Part shown: one piece after another, positions 18,815-29,929 of the stretch
How positions within the stretch are numbered: the first letter of the stretch is position 1
How the letters are laid out: each line of letters begins with the position of its first letter
Origin: an uncultured Alphaproteobacteria bacterium
GTDB lineage: Bacteria; Pseudomonadota; Alphaproteobacteria; RF32; CAG-239
Direction of reading: 5' to 3'
Assembly (NCBI GenBank): GCA_944393715.1
Contig: CALYBB010000038.1
Location: forward strand, 15,325-79,324
Length of the DNA: 64,000 bases
The notes under the pieces: generated by a model
The model's database searches: none
Told to the model about the DNA's origin: nothing
Seen by the model: only the letters and a program-made list of their open reading frames with translations
Translations under genes and position numbers: made by a program

Positions 18815-19609
18815 TTATCTTGAGAAGAACAGCTCGGTAACGATGTAGTTAAAAATCAAAATCAAAATCGACGATGATACAACCGCGTTTGTTGTTGCCT
18901 CACCAACACCTTGAGCCCCGCCTTTAGAACGATAGCCGTTATAACAACCCATAAGAGAAATAATAAAACCAAATACCGCCGCCTTAACCACACCGGTGGT
19001 AACATCAAGCGCTTGTAGCTCGTCAAGCGTTGCATTGATATAATTGGCAGGGTTAAAACCAAGCTTGTAGACACCGACAACATAACCGCCGAAAATGCCG
19101 ATGACATCGCCGATTAATACCAAAAGCGGCATCACAACCAAACCGGCCCAAATACGTGGTGCTACCAGATATTTCAGCGGATTGGTCGACAAAGTCGTTA
19201 ACGCGTCAATCTGTTCAGTTACACGCATGGTGCCAATTTCCGCTGCCATGGCCGCGCCAATGCGACCAGCAACCATCAGAGCCGACAAAACCGGAGCCAA
19301 TTCGCGGGTAACCGAAATTAAAACCACGCTGGCGACCATGCTTTCGGCACCGACCGAAGCAAAACCGGAATAGCTTTGCAGCGCAATAACCATGCCGGCA
19401 AAAATCGTTGTTAAACCGACAACAGGTAACGAATAAAAACCCATGTCCATAACCTGACGCAAAAAATTGCGACCGTAAAAAGGCGGCGTGAGGCAATTGT
19501 AAACTGATTGGATAATGAAGCTGAACAGCTCTCCAACTTTGAAAATAAAATTGACCAGAGGCTTGCCCTGACGGCGCAAAAATTTTTCGATTTTTCGGAG
19601 GAATAACAT
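18815..19609 (-). CDS. mlaE: Mla ABC transporter permease
   Basis: MlaE/Ttg2B-type permease, 264 aa, upstream of mlaF in the same operon. Confidence 0.75.
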   Translation of the reverse strand: MLFLRKIEKFLRRQGKPLVNFIFKVGELFSFIIQSVYNCLTPPFYGRNFLRQVMDMGFYSLPVVGLTTIFAGMVIALQSYSGFASVGAESMVASVVLISVTRELAPVLSALMVAGRIGAAMAAEIGTMRVTEQIDALTTLSTNPLKYLVAPRIWAGLVVMPLLVLIGDVIGIFGGYVVGVYKLGFNPANYINATLDELQALDVTTGVVKAAVFGFIISLMGCYNGYRSKGGAQGVGEATTNAVVSSSILILIFNYIVTELFFSR

Positions 19610-19691
19610 ATTAATATCCTGAGCTAAAATTAAAATCTGGGCGTATTTTAATGCGAAGATTGCAAATAATCAACCGTCATTTGGCAAATCC

Positions 19692-20099
19692 TCACAGCAA
19701 ACTTAAGGCTGCCAAAATCTTGGCCGGAGCCGACGCTTCAAAAGGATTCAGACAAATAAAGGGGATTTTGGTACCGTCGATTTCATAGAATGATTCTTCG
19801 GGAAGGCGCTCTTGCGGCCGTTTTGATAGGTCTACCGCTAATTTTAATTTTGTTTTTTTTACTGACGGCAGTTTGATAATGCCGATGCCTCTTATCTCTA
19901 ACAAGTCTTTAAGATTTTTTGGTGCCGAAGCGATAACCTGCCTATTTTTAATTAATATGTTTACCCGATCATCGGCAACAAGTTTTGCCTTAAACGATGC
20001 TATCAGCCTAAGCGCCAAATCCGATTTTCCGGAACCTGATGCCCCCAAAAGTAAAACCCCTTTACCTGAGATATCAATACAAGTTGCATGAATGTTCAT
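19692..20099 (-). CDS. hprK: Truncated HPr kinase/phosphorylase-like protein (C-terminal kinase domain only, alphaproteobacterial type)
   Basis: P-loop GASGSGKSDLALRLI with a downstream LEIRGIGI. No N-terminal domain. Confidence 0.6.
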   Translation of the reverse strand: MNIHATCIDISGKGVLLLGASGSGKSDLALRLIASFKAKLVADDRVNILIKNRQVIASAPKNLKDLLEIRGIGIIKLPSVKKTKLKLAVDLSKRPQERLPEESFYEIDGTKIPFICLNPFEASAPAKILAALSLL

Positions 20100-20548
20100 C
20101 CGATTTGCTCCAAACGGGCAATTTTATCGGCCGAAAAGGCACTAACTATAATTTTGCGCGCCTCTTTTTCAGGAATAAACTCTATCTTAAAAACATCGTG
20201 CGGCAGCCATGATCCAGCTTTTTCGGGCCATTCGATCAGGCTGACGCCTCCGTAAACGGCATCTTCAAAACCCAATTCGTAGACTTCGTCCGGCGATTTA
20301 AGACGGTATAAATCAAAATGATTTATTTCAAAATCCGGCGCAGAATATCCCTGCACCAATGTAAATGTGGGGCTCGGAACCTCTTTTGCCCCTGTCAGGG
20401 TTTGGATGAAAGCACGAGCAAAAACACTCTTGCCCATGCCTAAAGTTCCATGAAGAGCAAAAATATCTCCCTTGTGCGCCAATCTTGCAAACTGCCCAGC
20501 TAAAAACGAGGTCTGTTGTTCTGAGTATGTTATAAACTCTCTTTTCAT
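20096..20548 (-). CDS. tsaE: tRNA threonylcarbamoyladenosine biosynthesis protein TsaE
   Basis: Walker A HGTLGMGKS and the YjeE-family pattern. Confidence 0.8.
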   Translation of the reverse strand: MKREFITYSEQQTSFLAGQFARLAHKGDIFALHGTLGMGKSVFARAFIQTLTGAKEVPSPTFTLVQGYSAPDFEINHFDLYRLKSPDEVYELGFEDAVYGGVSLIEWPEKAGSWLPHDVFKIEFIPEKEARKIIVSAFSADKIARLEQIG

Positions 20549-20551
20549 TTG

Positions 20552-21511
20552 CTAATCATTAAAAGGATTAAACCAAACACGGCGGCGGCCGCTGGCGTTT
20601 TTATTTTTGATAACCTTAATATTTGCCTTGCGTGCCTGAATCTTTTCCCAGTCCCACGGCATGTAAAACTCTCCTTGCCACAGGCCGCGTTTATTGGCCA
20701 GAGCCTGATTTTGATACGGGATATAAACCTGTGTCTGACGCGTATCCGCAACAGCCCAACCAGCATTGACCAGCGCCGCTCCTATATCATAAGGTCCTAG
20801 CATGCAAACTGCCGTTAAAACACCCCGATCGTCTTCGCCCAATATATGGCATTTAATTTCGTTATTTGCTAACCAACCTGTTAACCAAGAAATAGCCTGC
20901 TGTCCGCATTTGTAACCTCGCCCTGAGGCATCAGCACAGGTTTGAGATATATCCGGCGCCGCTATGCCAAAAAGCTGAATTACTCTGCCGTTTTGGGTTA
21001 AGGTATCACCGCTGACAACTCGTGAAACGCCAATAATTGCTGGATAATTAAGCGGATTAAATGTTTGCTTTTGAGGCTCTTTTTTTTCAGGCAACAACAT
21101 ATCAACCATATTTTCTGTCAGGATCGGATGCTGGTCTTCCCCAATTAAATTGATTGTCCCTTCGTTTTTGGCGGATTGCGCTTTTGTATTGGCAACAACA
21201 TCTTGCGATGTTTGAATCCCCTGGCCTAAAAATGTCTTAATATTTTGCCCGATGCCATCTATTCCGTTGTTAAATGCGCCGATAGCGTATAAAATGAAAA
21301 ATACAACCGCAAGAATAACAATCAGAGATGGTAAGCACCCTATCGCGCGCCATGCCATTTTGGCAAAAATGTACAAAACGATGAGGCCGATGATCAGCCC
21401 CAAAAAACCGCCGCCCTGAAGCAACGTGCTGTCGCTTTGAGTGCCGGCGCCGCCAACCAAAATGAAAAACAATGCCGCAAAACCAAAAACAGCTTTTTTC
21501 AGAAAACTCAT
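20552..21511 (-). CDS. Membrane-anchored thermonuclease (SNase-like) domain protein
   Basis: N-terminal TM helices. C-terminal staphylococcal-nuclease-like core with VVSGDT...RGYKCGQQA...ALVNAGWA. Confidence 0.55.
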   Translation of the reverse strand: MSFLKKAVFGFAALFFILVGGAGTQSDSTLLQGGGFLGLIIGLIVLYIFAKMAWRAIGCLPSLIVILAVVFFILYAIGAFNNGIDGIGQNIKTFLGQGIQTSQDVVANTKAQSAKNEGTINLIGEDQHPILTENMVDMLLPEKKEPQKQTFNPLNYPAIIGVSRVVSGDTLTQNGRVIQLFGIAAPDISQTCADASGRGYKCGQQAISWLTGWLANNEIKCHILGEDDRGVLTAVCMLGPYDIGAALVNAGWAVADTRQTQVYIPYQNQALANKRGLWQGEFYMPWDWEKIQARKANIKVIKNKNASGRRRVWFNPFND

Positions 21512-21589
21512 GACCGCCTCATTTTTATTGTAGATGAAACATCTTTCTCGACGTTAGCCTAATTAAGTAAAAATATTGTTAAACCTAAA

Positions 21590-21621
21590 ATAAAAAAGGC
21601 TCTTTGACAGAGCCTTTTTTA
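21590..21621. terminator. Rho-independent terminator hairpin
   Basis: aaaaaaggctct ttgac agagcctttttt, symmetric and flanked by A/T runs. Confidence 0.5.
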
Positions 21622-21855
21622 TTAGCCAACCTTTTTGCAATAGCAGTGGCAATGGCACTCGCCGTCACGTTCAATATCCTGACGACATAGCGGCGAAATG
21701 CAATATCTTTCTGGATTTTGGCCATCACAAGGACAACGCTGCCATTCGGCTTCGCCAAACATCATCTGTTTGGCATTGGCTATTTTTTGAACATTTTTGG
21801 TTGTGGAATATCCTGCTTTTTCGCAGTTTTCTAGCATTTTTTCAAGAATTGTCAT
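21622..21855 (-). CDS. Ferredoxin-thioredoxin-reductase catalytic-subunit-like small Cys-rich protein
   Basis: CPC...C...C...CHCHC arrangement (WQRCPCDGQNPERYCISPLCRQD...ECHCHCYC) resembles the FtrC CPC/CHC cluster motif. Confidence 0.4.
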   Translation of the reverse strand: MTILEKMLENCEKAGYSTTKNVQKIANAKQMMFGEAEWQRCPCDGQNPERYCISPLCRQDIERDGECHCHCYCKKVG

Positions 21856-21873
21856 TGTATTTAACTCCTTAAT

Positions 21874-22827
21874 TTATTCAACAAATTTGATTGAAAATTT
21901 ATCATTAGGCGCTTCCGGTCCTTTAAATACAGTGTTCTGCGGCGCAATATTGGTCTGTTTTTTTTGTTCTAGTATATTGATAATCATATCAAGTTCGGCT
22001 ACAGAAGCATATTGGAGGACAACTTTGCCACCGCCTTGTTTATTGGGGCTTATTTTAATTCTTAACCCCAAATTTTGGTTTAGACTGCGTTCAATATCCA
22101 TGATATCGCCATTTTTGGCTGGTTGTGACTTTTTTGTCTGAACCACATCCTTGTTTTCTTTTTGTTTGGCCACCAAGGCTTCAACTTGACGAACATTGAG
22201 TTCCTCTTTGATAATTTTATCGGCTAAGACAAGTGCATTGTCAAGGCCGATCAAACAACGTGCGTGTCCCGCTGATAATTTTCCTTCGCTTACAAGTTTT
22301 TTAACTTCTTCGGGCAGGGCAAGCAAACGAACCGTATTGGCAATATAACTGCGCGATTTTCCGACAAGAGATGCTACTTTTTCCTGTGTATGTGAAAAAT
22401 TGGTCATAAGTGTTTGATAAGCGTTAGCCTCCTCAATAGCTGAAAGATTTTCGCGCAGTAAGTTTTCTATCAGAGCTATTTCCAAAACTTCGTTATCTGA
22501 CATCTCTTTGACAATAACAGGAACTTCTGTTAGTCCGGCTTCTTTGGACGCACGCAAGCGACGCTCGCCGGCAATTAGTTCATATTTGCCGTTTTTGGGA
22601 CGAACAATCAAAGGCTGCAAAATGCCTTTTTCTTTGATTGAGACAGCCAGCGATTTTATGGCTCCTTCATTGAAATCTTTGCGTGGTTGCCATTCGCCGA
22701 TGGTTATGTCTTCGATTTTTATTTTATCGGAAGCTTTGGCCGCCGGTTTGTCTTCGCTCAAAATGTCTTCACCAAGCAACGCTTCAAGACCACGACCTAA
22801 GCTTTTCTTTTTATTTTCTTCTAGCAT
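21874..22827 (-). CDS. parB: Chromosome partitioning protein ParB
   Basis: ParB box GERRLRAS, HTH and C-terminal dimerisation region. Confidence 0.9.
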   Translation of the reverse strand: MLEENKKKSLGRGLEALLGEDILSEDKPAAKASDKIKIEDITIGEWQPRKDFNEGAIKSLAVSIKEKGILQPLIVRPKNGKYELIAGERRLRASKEAGLTEVPVIVKEMSDNEVLEIALIENLLRENLSAIEEANAYQTLMTNFSHTQEKVASLVGKSRSYIANTVRLLALPEEVKKLVSEGKLSAGHARCLIGLDNALVLADKIIKEELNVRQVEALVAKQKENKDVVQTKKSQPAKNGDIMDIERSLNQNLGLRIKISPNKQGGGKVVLQYASVAELDMIINILEQKKQTNIAPQNTVFKGPEAPNDKFSIKFVE

Positions 22828-23600
22828 GCTATTAACTCTCTTTCTCTTTTTAAAACTTCTTTAGTAAGACCTATATAAGCCTGAGATCCCGAGCACTTAA
22901 AATCGTAAAGCAAAACCGGTTTGCCGTGCGAGGGCGCCTCTGATATGCGGACATTGCGCGGAATTACCGTATCATAAACTTTTTTGCCAAAGAATTGACG
23001 GACATCATCTTCAACCATCTGGGTTAAATTGTTGCGTTTGTCGTACATCGTCAGAACAACCCCCTGCAAAACCAGATCAGGATTGAAGTTCTTTTTGATG
23101 ACATTAATGTTGCGAATTAAATCTGAAATTCCCTCTAAAGCTAAAAATTCGCATTGAAGAGGAATAATAACCGCATCAGATGCTACAAGAGCATTAATCG
23201 TTATCAGACTCAGGGACGGCGGACAATCAATTAAAACATAATCATAATTGACTGTTTCTTTTTCCAAAGCTCTTTTTAGGGCAAATTCTCTTTTCTCAAC
23301 CTCAACCAATTCTATTTCGGCGGCAGCCAAATCGGGAGAAGAAGGGACTATTGAAAAGCTCGGAATTTCTGTCCACACAACCGCATCCGTCAAACGGCAA
23401 CTGCCTAACAAAACATTATAGGAAGAAGGCATGCTGCCTTTTTTATCAATTCCCATGGATGTTGAAGCGTTGCCTTGGGGATCAAGATCAATAACCAACA
23501 CTTTTTTACCCGCAGCAGCCATGGCCGTAGCGACATTAATTGTGGTTGTTGTTTTGCCAACACCACCTTTACGATTAGCAATGGCTAAAATTCTAGGCAT
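22821..23600 (-). CDS. parA: Chromosome partitioning ATPase ParA
   Basis: Deviant Walker A KGGVGKTT. Confidence 0.9.
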   Translation of the reverse strand: MPRILAIANRKGGVGKTTTTINVATAMAAAGKKVLVIDLDPQGNASTSMGIDKKGSMPSSYNVLLGSCRLTDAVVWTEIPSFSIVPSSPDLAAAEIELVEVEKREFALKRALEKETVNYDYVLIDCPPSLSLITINALVASDAVIIPLQCEFLALEGISDLIRNINVIKKNFNPDLVLQGVVLTMYDKRNNLTQMVEDDVRQFFGKKVYDTVIPRNVRISEAPSHGKPVLLYDFKCSGSQAYIGLTKEVLKRERELIAC

Positions 23601-24224
23601 TTATTTCCTCCTTTTGTTTGCGATATCGGTAATGATTAAAACTTTTCCGTCCGGTGATTCTTCACTGGCTTCAATGCGACATTTGAAATGCCACTCCTTG
23701 TGAGCTTCCGCCAATTCGGCTGCATAGTTTTGCCCTTTTGGAAAGATGCAGATTGTTTCTTTATGACAGAAAGGCGCCGCATATTTGAGCAAATCTTTTA
23801 ATTTTGTCAAAGCACGTGATGTTATGACATCAAATTTTTGCGGTGGCAAATTCTCTATTCTGTCATTGACGATAACTACAGGTGCATTCAGCCGGTCAGA
23901 CACTTCTTTTAAAAACAGTGTTTTCTTTCTAATGCTTTCAACCAAGGTAACTTTTAAATACGGCGTTTTTTCTTGAGCCATGATAGCTAAAACCAACCCA
24001 GGAAATCCAGCTCCAGAGCCAAAATCTGCCATTGTTTTTGCTGTATTCGGCACATATTTAAACAGCTGCACGGAATCTAAAAAATGGCGATTCCACGCAT
24101 CTTCCAAACTTGATTTACTAACCAGATTAAACTTGCTTTGCCATTCAGTAAGAAGCGCCTGATAGTCTTTTAGTTTGGTTATTGTTTCATGTGAAACATT
24201 ATATTTTTCTGCAAAATTTTTCAT
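23601..24224 (-). CDS. rsmG: 16S rRNA m7G527 methyltransferase RsmG (GidB)
   Basis: SAM motif DFGSGAGFPG. Immediately follows parA. Confidence 0.85.
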   Translation of the reverse strand: MKNFAEKYNVSHETITKLKDYQALLTEWQSKFNLVSKSSLEDAWNRHFLDSVQLFKYVPNTAKTMADFGSGAGFPGLVLAIMAQEKTPYLKVTLVESIRKKTLFLKEVSDRLNAPVVIVNDRIENLPPQKFDVITSRALTKLKDLLKYAAPFCHKETICIFPKGQNYAAELAEAHKEWHFKCRIEASEESPDGKVLIITDIANKRRK

Positions 24225-24349
24225 GATTTATTTGTATCTTTTTTACAAAAAATTTAAAACAGAAAAAAGACAGTTATAAACATTCTTTTTTTGCAAAAAT
24301 AAAATTTATTTTAAAACAAGCTATTAAACACCTGAAATTGAATCTTTTA

Positions 24350-25171
24350 TTAAAAATAAAATCGATTTTTACAACCGAATTCAGCCAGCTTGGTTTCAAC
24401 TTCGGTAAAGCCGCTGCCGATATCTGCTGCAAGATGAGCATCATCGCTGATAAGCAATGGAATATTGCGATTCACTAATTCCTTAACAATCCACCAATCA
24501 GGGTAGGGGCGTCCGATACGACGAATTCCTCCGGTATTAATTTCACAGGCGGTATTTGTGCCGGTGAAAGCGTCAACAACTTCAAGCTTTGTTTCGCGCC
24601 ATTCATCGCCGGTGCATAGATTAAACTGGCAACAATAATCCGGATGTGCGATAAAATCAAAATATCCGCTTTCTATTGATAAACGAACATTTTGCCAATA
24701 GTTGTGCAACAGCGTATTTTTTTCTGATTTTGATATTTTTGCCGGCATGTTTTCTAGATGATAGATGTTGCACAAAAAGCTTTCGTCATTATTACGAATA
24801 AAATGAGTGGCGCCGATAAGATAATCAGGTTTTAGTATTTTTATTGCTTTTTCAAATTGCCTGCGCCATCCGGCGGATGGGAAAAAATCAACCTCAAGAC
24901 CTTTAAGAACTTTTATTTTGTGTTTGGCTGCCGTTTTGTCTATGGCTGTAAAACACTCTTGGAACAAAGATATGAGTTGCTGATTGTCGGCAAAGAACAT
25001 CGGAGATACTGCCGGTAAATGGGCAAAACTCGGATGATAAATATAATGATTGCTGATACCTATTGTATTAAAGCCTTTGGATTCGGCACCCGAAATCATT
25101 TTGTCAATTGTGCTGCGACCATCAAAAATTCCTTCAAACGATGTGTGGCAATGATAATTAAATTGTTGCAT
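24350..25171 (-). CDS. PHP-family phosphoesterase (HisK-type histidinol-phosphatase-like)
   Basis: N-terminal HCHTSF..DG (HxH), GFNTIGISNH, and downstream His/Asp metal ligands typical of the PHP domain. Confidence 0.55.
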   Translation of the reverse strand: MQQFNYHCHTSFEGIFDGRSTIDKMISGAESKGFNTIGISNHYIYHPSFAHLPAVSPMFFADNQQLISLFQECFTAIDKTAAKHKIKVLKGLEVDFFPSAGWRRQFEKAIKILKPDYLIGATHFIRNNDESFLCNIYHLENMPAKISKSEKNTLLHNYWQNVRLSIESGYFDFIAHPDYCCQFNLCTGDEWRETKLEVVDAFTGTNTACEINTGGIRRIGRPYPDWWIVKELVNRNIPLLISDDAHLAADIGSGFTEVETKLAEFGCKNRFYF

Positions 25172-25243
25172 TTTTAATCCTTTTCTTTGCGCCTAAGATA
25201 GAGTTAAATGTTTAATAAAAGCTTTATGCTCCAATTAAAGACA

Positions 25244-25861
25244 TTACTTTTCGATATGCAGCAATTCGTATACATTACAACCGCATTTGGCATCAAAATA
25301 GGCTTTATTTTCGGATGCTTTTTTCTCAAGTCTGGCGATTTGTTCTTTTTTTAGATTATATCTATAACAAATATTTTTAAGTCTTTTTTGAAAACTTACG
25401 ATTGCTGTTCCTTCAAAGAAAAGATCACAAAGCTGAATAAGCTTATCATAATCATCATAAACAATATCTCGTATAAGCTCTTTGGCGCGGCGCAAATCAT
25501 CAAAAGGATATGAAGAATAATCTTTATAGTCAAAATTTTGTTCAGGAAAAGAGTGTGTTAGGTTTATCCGCGCTGCATCCGACCACCCCAAAAGCATTAA
25601 ATCATCATATCCGACCATAAAATGGCTTTTACCTGTTTGTTTTTGGCTTTGTTTTTTACCATAGTCATGGAGCAAACCCAAAACATAGGCTTTTTCATAA
25701 TCAAGGTTGCAACAAGATGCTATTTTGGCGGCGCTTTCGCCGACACCGACAGTGTGAAAAATATATTCTCGCAGATGCTGCTCGGCTATCCATACGGACA
25801 TTTCAGAAATTGATTTTTGCCATATTGCGACAGCGGTTTTAATATCTGGATAAGGAGTCAT
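25244..25861 (-). CDS. HD-domain metal-dependent phosphohydrolase
   Basis: H...[11 protein letters not shown] motif. 205 aa. 4-bp overlap with the mnmG stop. Confidence 0.5.
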   Translation of the reverse strand: MTPYPDIKTAVAIWQKSISEMSVWIAEQHLREYIFHTVGVGESAAKIASCCNLDYEKAYVLGLLHDYGKKQSQKQTGKSHFMVGYDDLMLLGWSDAARINLTHSFPEQNFDYKDYSSYPFDDLRRAKELIRDIVYDDYDKLIQLCDLFFEGTAIVSFQKRLKNICYRYNLKKEQIARLEKKASENKAYFDAKCGCNVYELLHIEK

Positions 25862-27705
25862 TTTTTTATATATCCTAACAAGGCTGTTATGGCTGCCGGT
25901 GTTACGCCAGGAATACGAGAAGCCTCGCCGATGGTCGAAGGCCGAACGGCAGAAAGCTTGCTGATCATTTCGCGGGACAAACCGCCTATTTTAGTGTAAT
26001 CAATATCATCTCGTATTTTGAGATTTTCGTCTTTTTTAAAAACTTCTATATCCGCCATTTGGCGTTTAATATAACCGGCATAGCGCGCTTCTATTTCGAC
26101 TTGCTCATATATATCTGCGGCAACAGAAGCCAATTGCGGCCAAATTTTTATAATTGTTTCATATGAAACATTATTATAGGACATTACGTTAAAAGCGCTG
26201 CGGCGAACACCATCTTGTTTAACAACAACACCGTGTTTTTCAAGTTCTGTTGGTGTGATAAATAGAGTTTCGCTCAGATTTTTAAAATTTTCTATGGCTT
26301 GTTTTTTATTTTTAAATACAGTGTATCTTAAACTGTTGACGCAGCCTATGTTATAGCCTTTTTCGGTCAGGCGCATGTCGGCGTTATCTGCGCGCAAAAA
26401 CAGGCGATATTCCGAGCGAGAAGTAAACATACGATAAGGTTCATCAACCCCTTTGGTTATCAAATCATCTATCATAACGCCAATATAAGCCTCCGAGCGG
26501 TTAATGACAAATTCTTTTGATCCACCGAAAGATTTGAGCGCGGCATTAATTCCGGCTAACAATCCCTGAGCGGCAGCTTCTTCATATCCGGTAGTCCCGT
26601 TTATCTGGCCGGCTAAAAACAAACCGGAAACTTTTTTGGTTTCTAGACAATGATTGAGTTCGCGCGGATCAACAAAATCGTATTCAATAGCGTAGGCAGG
26701 CCGCAGAATCTCGACATTTTCAAGTCCTTTCATGGTATGAATAAAAGCTTCCTGAACATCCGCCGGTAAAGATGTTGAAATGCCATTTGGATAAATAACA
26801 TCAGTATTGAGGCCTTCGGGCTCCAGAAAAATCTGGTGTGACGTGCGGTCAGCAAACTTAACCAGCTTGTCTTCAATACTTGGACAATAACGTGGACCGA
26901 TACCGGTAATAAGTCCGGAAAACAGGGCACATTTATCAAAATTATCACGAATAATCTGGTGTGTTTTTTCATTAGTGTGGGTTATATAACAGCTGATTTG
27001 TGGTGTCGTAATTTCTTTGCTTAAAAAAGAAAAAGGGCAGGGATGCTCGTCGCCGTTTTGGCGTTCCAAAATATCCCAATTAATCGTTTTGCCATTCAAA
27101 CGGGCAGGGGTTCCGGTTTTTAAGCGACCGAGCCGAAAGCCTTTTTGTTTTAAATACGGTGTTATACCACTGCATGAAACATCGTTAACCCGACCGCCAA
27201 TTGTAGCTTTATGGCCGGTAAACATGACACCGTTTAAAAAAGTTCCGGTTGTCAAAACAACAGCCTTGGCTTTTATTTTCTCATTGTCAGCAAGAATGAT
27301 ACCCAAAACAGCATTTTTATCAAAAAGCAACCCTTCAACTGCTGCTTCGATAATTGTCAGATTTGGCTGCGCCTGCAAAGCTTCAAGCATATATTTGCGG
27401 TATAAATCGCGGTCTGCCTGAGCGCGTGGACCTCTGACTGCCGGACCTTTTGAGGCGTTAAGCATGCGAAATTGAATGCCGGCTTTGTCAATAACTCTTC
27501 CCATTAAACCATCAAGTGCATCGATCTCCCGCACTAAATGCCCCTTGCCTAAACCGCCGATAGCCGGATTGCATGACATCTCTCCTATAGTACTTTTTTT
27601 ATGAGTTATCAGCACGGTTGCGGCTCCCATACGCGCCGCCGCTGCTGCTGCTTCGCATCCGGCATGTCCTCCACCAACAACAATAACGTCAAAATTTGTT
27701 TTCAT
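25858..27705 (-). CDS. mnmG: tRNA uridine-5-carboxymethylaminomethyl synthesis enzyme MnmG (GidA)
   Basis: FAD motif [14 protein letters not shown]. 615 aa. Confidence 0.92.
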   Translation of the reverse strand: MKTNFDVIVVGGGHAGCEAAAAAARMGAATVLITHKKSTIGEMSCNPAIGGLGKGHLVREIDALDGLMGRVIDKAGIQFRMLNASKGPAVRGPRAQADRDLYRKYMLEALQAQPNLTIIEAAVEGLLFDKNAVLGIILADNEKIKAKAVVLTTGTFLNGVMFTGHKATIGGRVNDVSCSGITPYLKQKGFRLGRLKTGTPARLNGKTINWDILERQNGDEHPCPFSFLSKEITTPQISCYITHTNEKTHQIIRDNFDKCALFSGLITGIGPRYCPSIEDKLVKFADRTSHQIFLEPEGLNTDVIYPNGISTSLPADVQEAFIHTMKGLENVEILRPAYAIEYDFVDPRELNHCLETKKVSGLFLAGQINGTTGYEEAAAQGLLAGINAALKSFGGSKEFVINRSEAYIGVMIDDLITKGVDEPYRMFTSRSEYRLFLRADNADMRLTEKGYNIGCVNSLRYTVFKNKKQAIENFKNLSETLFITPTELEKHGVVVKQDGVRRSAFNVMSYNNVSYETIIKIWPQLASVAADIYEQVEIEARYAGYIKRQMADIEVFKKDENLKIRDDIDYTKIGGLSREMISKLSAVRPSTIGEASRIPGVTPAAITALLGYIKK

Positions 27706-27706
27706 T

Positions 27707-29038
27707 TTATTTACCTATGCAAAATGACCCAAAAATTTTATCTAAAATTTCATCGACTTCTATTCGCCCGCTTATTTTTCCGATTTCGCGTGCTGCCAGA
27801 CGAATATCTTCAGCCGAGAGCTCTATTTCTTTATTAAAATTAAATTCTTGCAAATAGTTAGCTGCGTTTTTTAATGCTTCGCGGTAACGTTGGCGAGTAA
27901 TTAATGCACCTGATCCGGCAGAAAATTTTTCTTTTATCTTGCTGCCGATGGCTTTCAATAGAATATCTATGCCTTGGTTATATTTGGCAGAGATTAGTAA
28001 ATAGCCTTGATGCTGTAAATTTATTTTTTGTTCGTCGGTTAATTTGTCGACTTTGTTGGCAACATATATTTTTTTATTTTCAGCAATTAAATCAAACTCT
28101 TGGGGGATGTTTTTTAATCCATCAAATAAACAAACGACTATTTCTGCGTTTTTGGCCTTGTCCAAGGCCATGGCAATCCCTTTTTGCTCAATCATGCCGG
28201 CAGCTTCGCGCAGACCGGCCGTATCAGTAAATATAACCGGATAGCCGTCTATATCAAGATGAATATCTATGGCATCACGTGTGGTTCCGGCTATATCGGA
28301 GACTATAACAGCTTCGCGTTTGGCAACAGCATTTAATAAAGATGATTTTCCGGCGTTTGGTTCACCAATAATAACCACACGAAAACCATCGCGCAAACGT
28401 TCTCCAGCTGTATTGTTTTCAAGATGGGACAAGATGTCTTCTTTAATTTTAAATACAGTGTTTTGAATATTATCTATAATATCAGATGGCAAATTTTCGT
28501 CGGGAAAATCAATATATGCTTCTAAATGAGCCATTATATTTAATAGTTCTTGGCGCCAATTTTCATATAAATCTTTGAGTTCACCTTCCATTTGGCGCAA
28601 AGCATAGTTTTGTTGGGCTGCCGTTTCGGCGTCTATCAAGTCGGCCAAACCTTCGGCTTCGGTTAAATCCATTTTACCATTGTAAAAGGCGCGTTTTGAA
28701 AACTCTCCCGCTTCGGCCAGACGAAAATCAGGTAAAGAAGATAAGGATTCCAAAACAGATGTGATTACAGCTTTAGAACCGTGAATTTGAAACTCAACAA
28801 TATCTTCTCCGGTGAAAGAATAAGGGGATTTAAAATATAAAACAACAGCTTTATCCAGAATATCGCCTGCCGTATTTTTGATATTGGTAAAATAAGCATA
28901 GCGAGGTTTAATGTCTTTGTCGCTAATATCTGTCATTGTTGCGATGGCATCAAGCGCTTTGGTTCCGGATATGCGAACAACGGCAATTCCTGATTTACCA
29001 TAAACCGTTGATAAAGCATATATTGTCTTATCATCCAT
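27707..29038 (-). CDS. mnmE: tRNA modification GTPase MnmE
   Basis: N-terminal TIYALST...[10 protein letters not shown] domain [13 protein letters not shown]-terminal CIGK. Start chosen at MDDKTIY; the ORF extends back to 29089. Confidence 0.9.
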   Translation of the reverse strand: MDDKTIYALSTVYGKSGIAVVRISGTKALDAIATMTDISDKDIKPRYAYFTNIKNTAGDILDKAVVLYFKSPYSFTGEDIVEFQIHGSKAVITSVLESLSSLPDFRLAEAGEFSKRAFYNGKMDLTEAEGLADLIDAETAAQQNYALRQMEGELKDLYENWRQELLNIMAHLEAYIDFPDENLPSDIIDNIQNTVFKIKEDILSHLENNTAGERLRDGFRVVIIGEPNAGKSSLLNAVAKREAVIVSDIAGTTRDAIDIHLDIDGYPVIFTDTAGLREAAGMIEQKGIAMALDKAKNAEIVVCLFDGLKNIPQEFDLIAENKKIYVANKVDKLTDEQKINLQHQGYLLISAKYNQGIDILLKAIGSKIKEKFSAGSGALITRQRYREALKNAANYLQEFNFNKEIELSAEDIRLAAREIGKISGRIEVDEILDKIFGSFCIGK

Positions 29039-29200
29039 TATCTTTTCCTTTCGGAAAGGTGTTATAAATTCATTGCTTAAATCTTGCAAGTTTAAAAAAG
29101 CCTTTTTTTTGACTTTACAGAGGCTTTTTATGCTTTCTTAATAAATCTATCATATATTGGTTAAAAATCGCTTATACGAGCTTTAGATGAGGTCATTTTT

Positions 29201-29857
29201 TTGATGAAAAAATTAATTATATGGGATTTTGACGGTGTTATTGCCGATACCGAAAAATTATGGGTTAGTTCCCGAATGGAATTACTGAATCGAGATTTTG
29301 GGCTTGGATGGAATTTTGAGACCGCTAATAAACATATCGGCGGACGTAGTGAAAAAGACAAAAAAAGAATTTTAGAAAAACTTGGTATTTATACTGACGA
29401 TGCTTTTTGGAAAGAAGCTATGCAGCTTGATATGCAAAAACTTCGTTTGGGAATCGCTTTAACACCTGATATTGATAATATTTTTGAAATGAATGGTTTT
29501 GAGCAATGTATTGCCACCGGAGGCAGCGCCGAAAAAACGACGGCTAAAATAAAGCAAGTAGGCATTGAAAAATTTTTTCCACCGGAAAAAGTATTTTCTG
29601 CCGATCTTGTCGAATACGGCAAACCGGAGCCCGATTTGTTTTTACTGGCGGCTCATAATATGGGATATAGTCCTGAAAATTGCATAGTCATTGAAGATTC
29701 CTTGGCGGGTTTAACAGCGGCACAGCGGGCAAAAATGTTGCCGATTGCTTTTGTTAAATATAATTCACCTGAATATATTGAAGAAATAAAAAAAATAGGT
29801 GTTCAATATATTTTTGATGATATGATTGAGGTTAAAAAATTTTTAGAAGCTTTTTAA
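29201..29857 (+). CDS. HAD-superfamily hydrolase (subfamily IA)
   Basis: Motif I IWDFDGVIADTE. 218 aa. Confidence 0.7.
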   Translation: MMKKLIIWDFDGVIADTEKLWVSSRMELLNRDFGLGWNFETANKHIGGRSEKDKKRILEKLGIYTDDAFWKEAMQLDMQKLRLGIALTPDIDNIFEMNGFEQCIATGGSAEKTTAKIKQVGIEKFFPPEKVFSADLVEYGKPEPDLFLLAAHNMGYSPENCIVIEDSLAGLTAAQRAKMLPIAFVKYNSPEYIEEIKKIGVQYIFDDMIEVKKFLEAF

Positions 29858-29929
29858 GTCTCGTTCGTTATTTTTTAGCATTTTATGATTACCGAGGATT
29901 GGATATCTTCTGCTTTTTATAACAAATAA

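Noticed and set aside
26730-26972. 80-aa ORF nested in mnmG
   Set aside because: Nested within the highly conserved MnmG frame.
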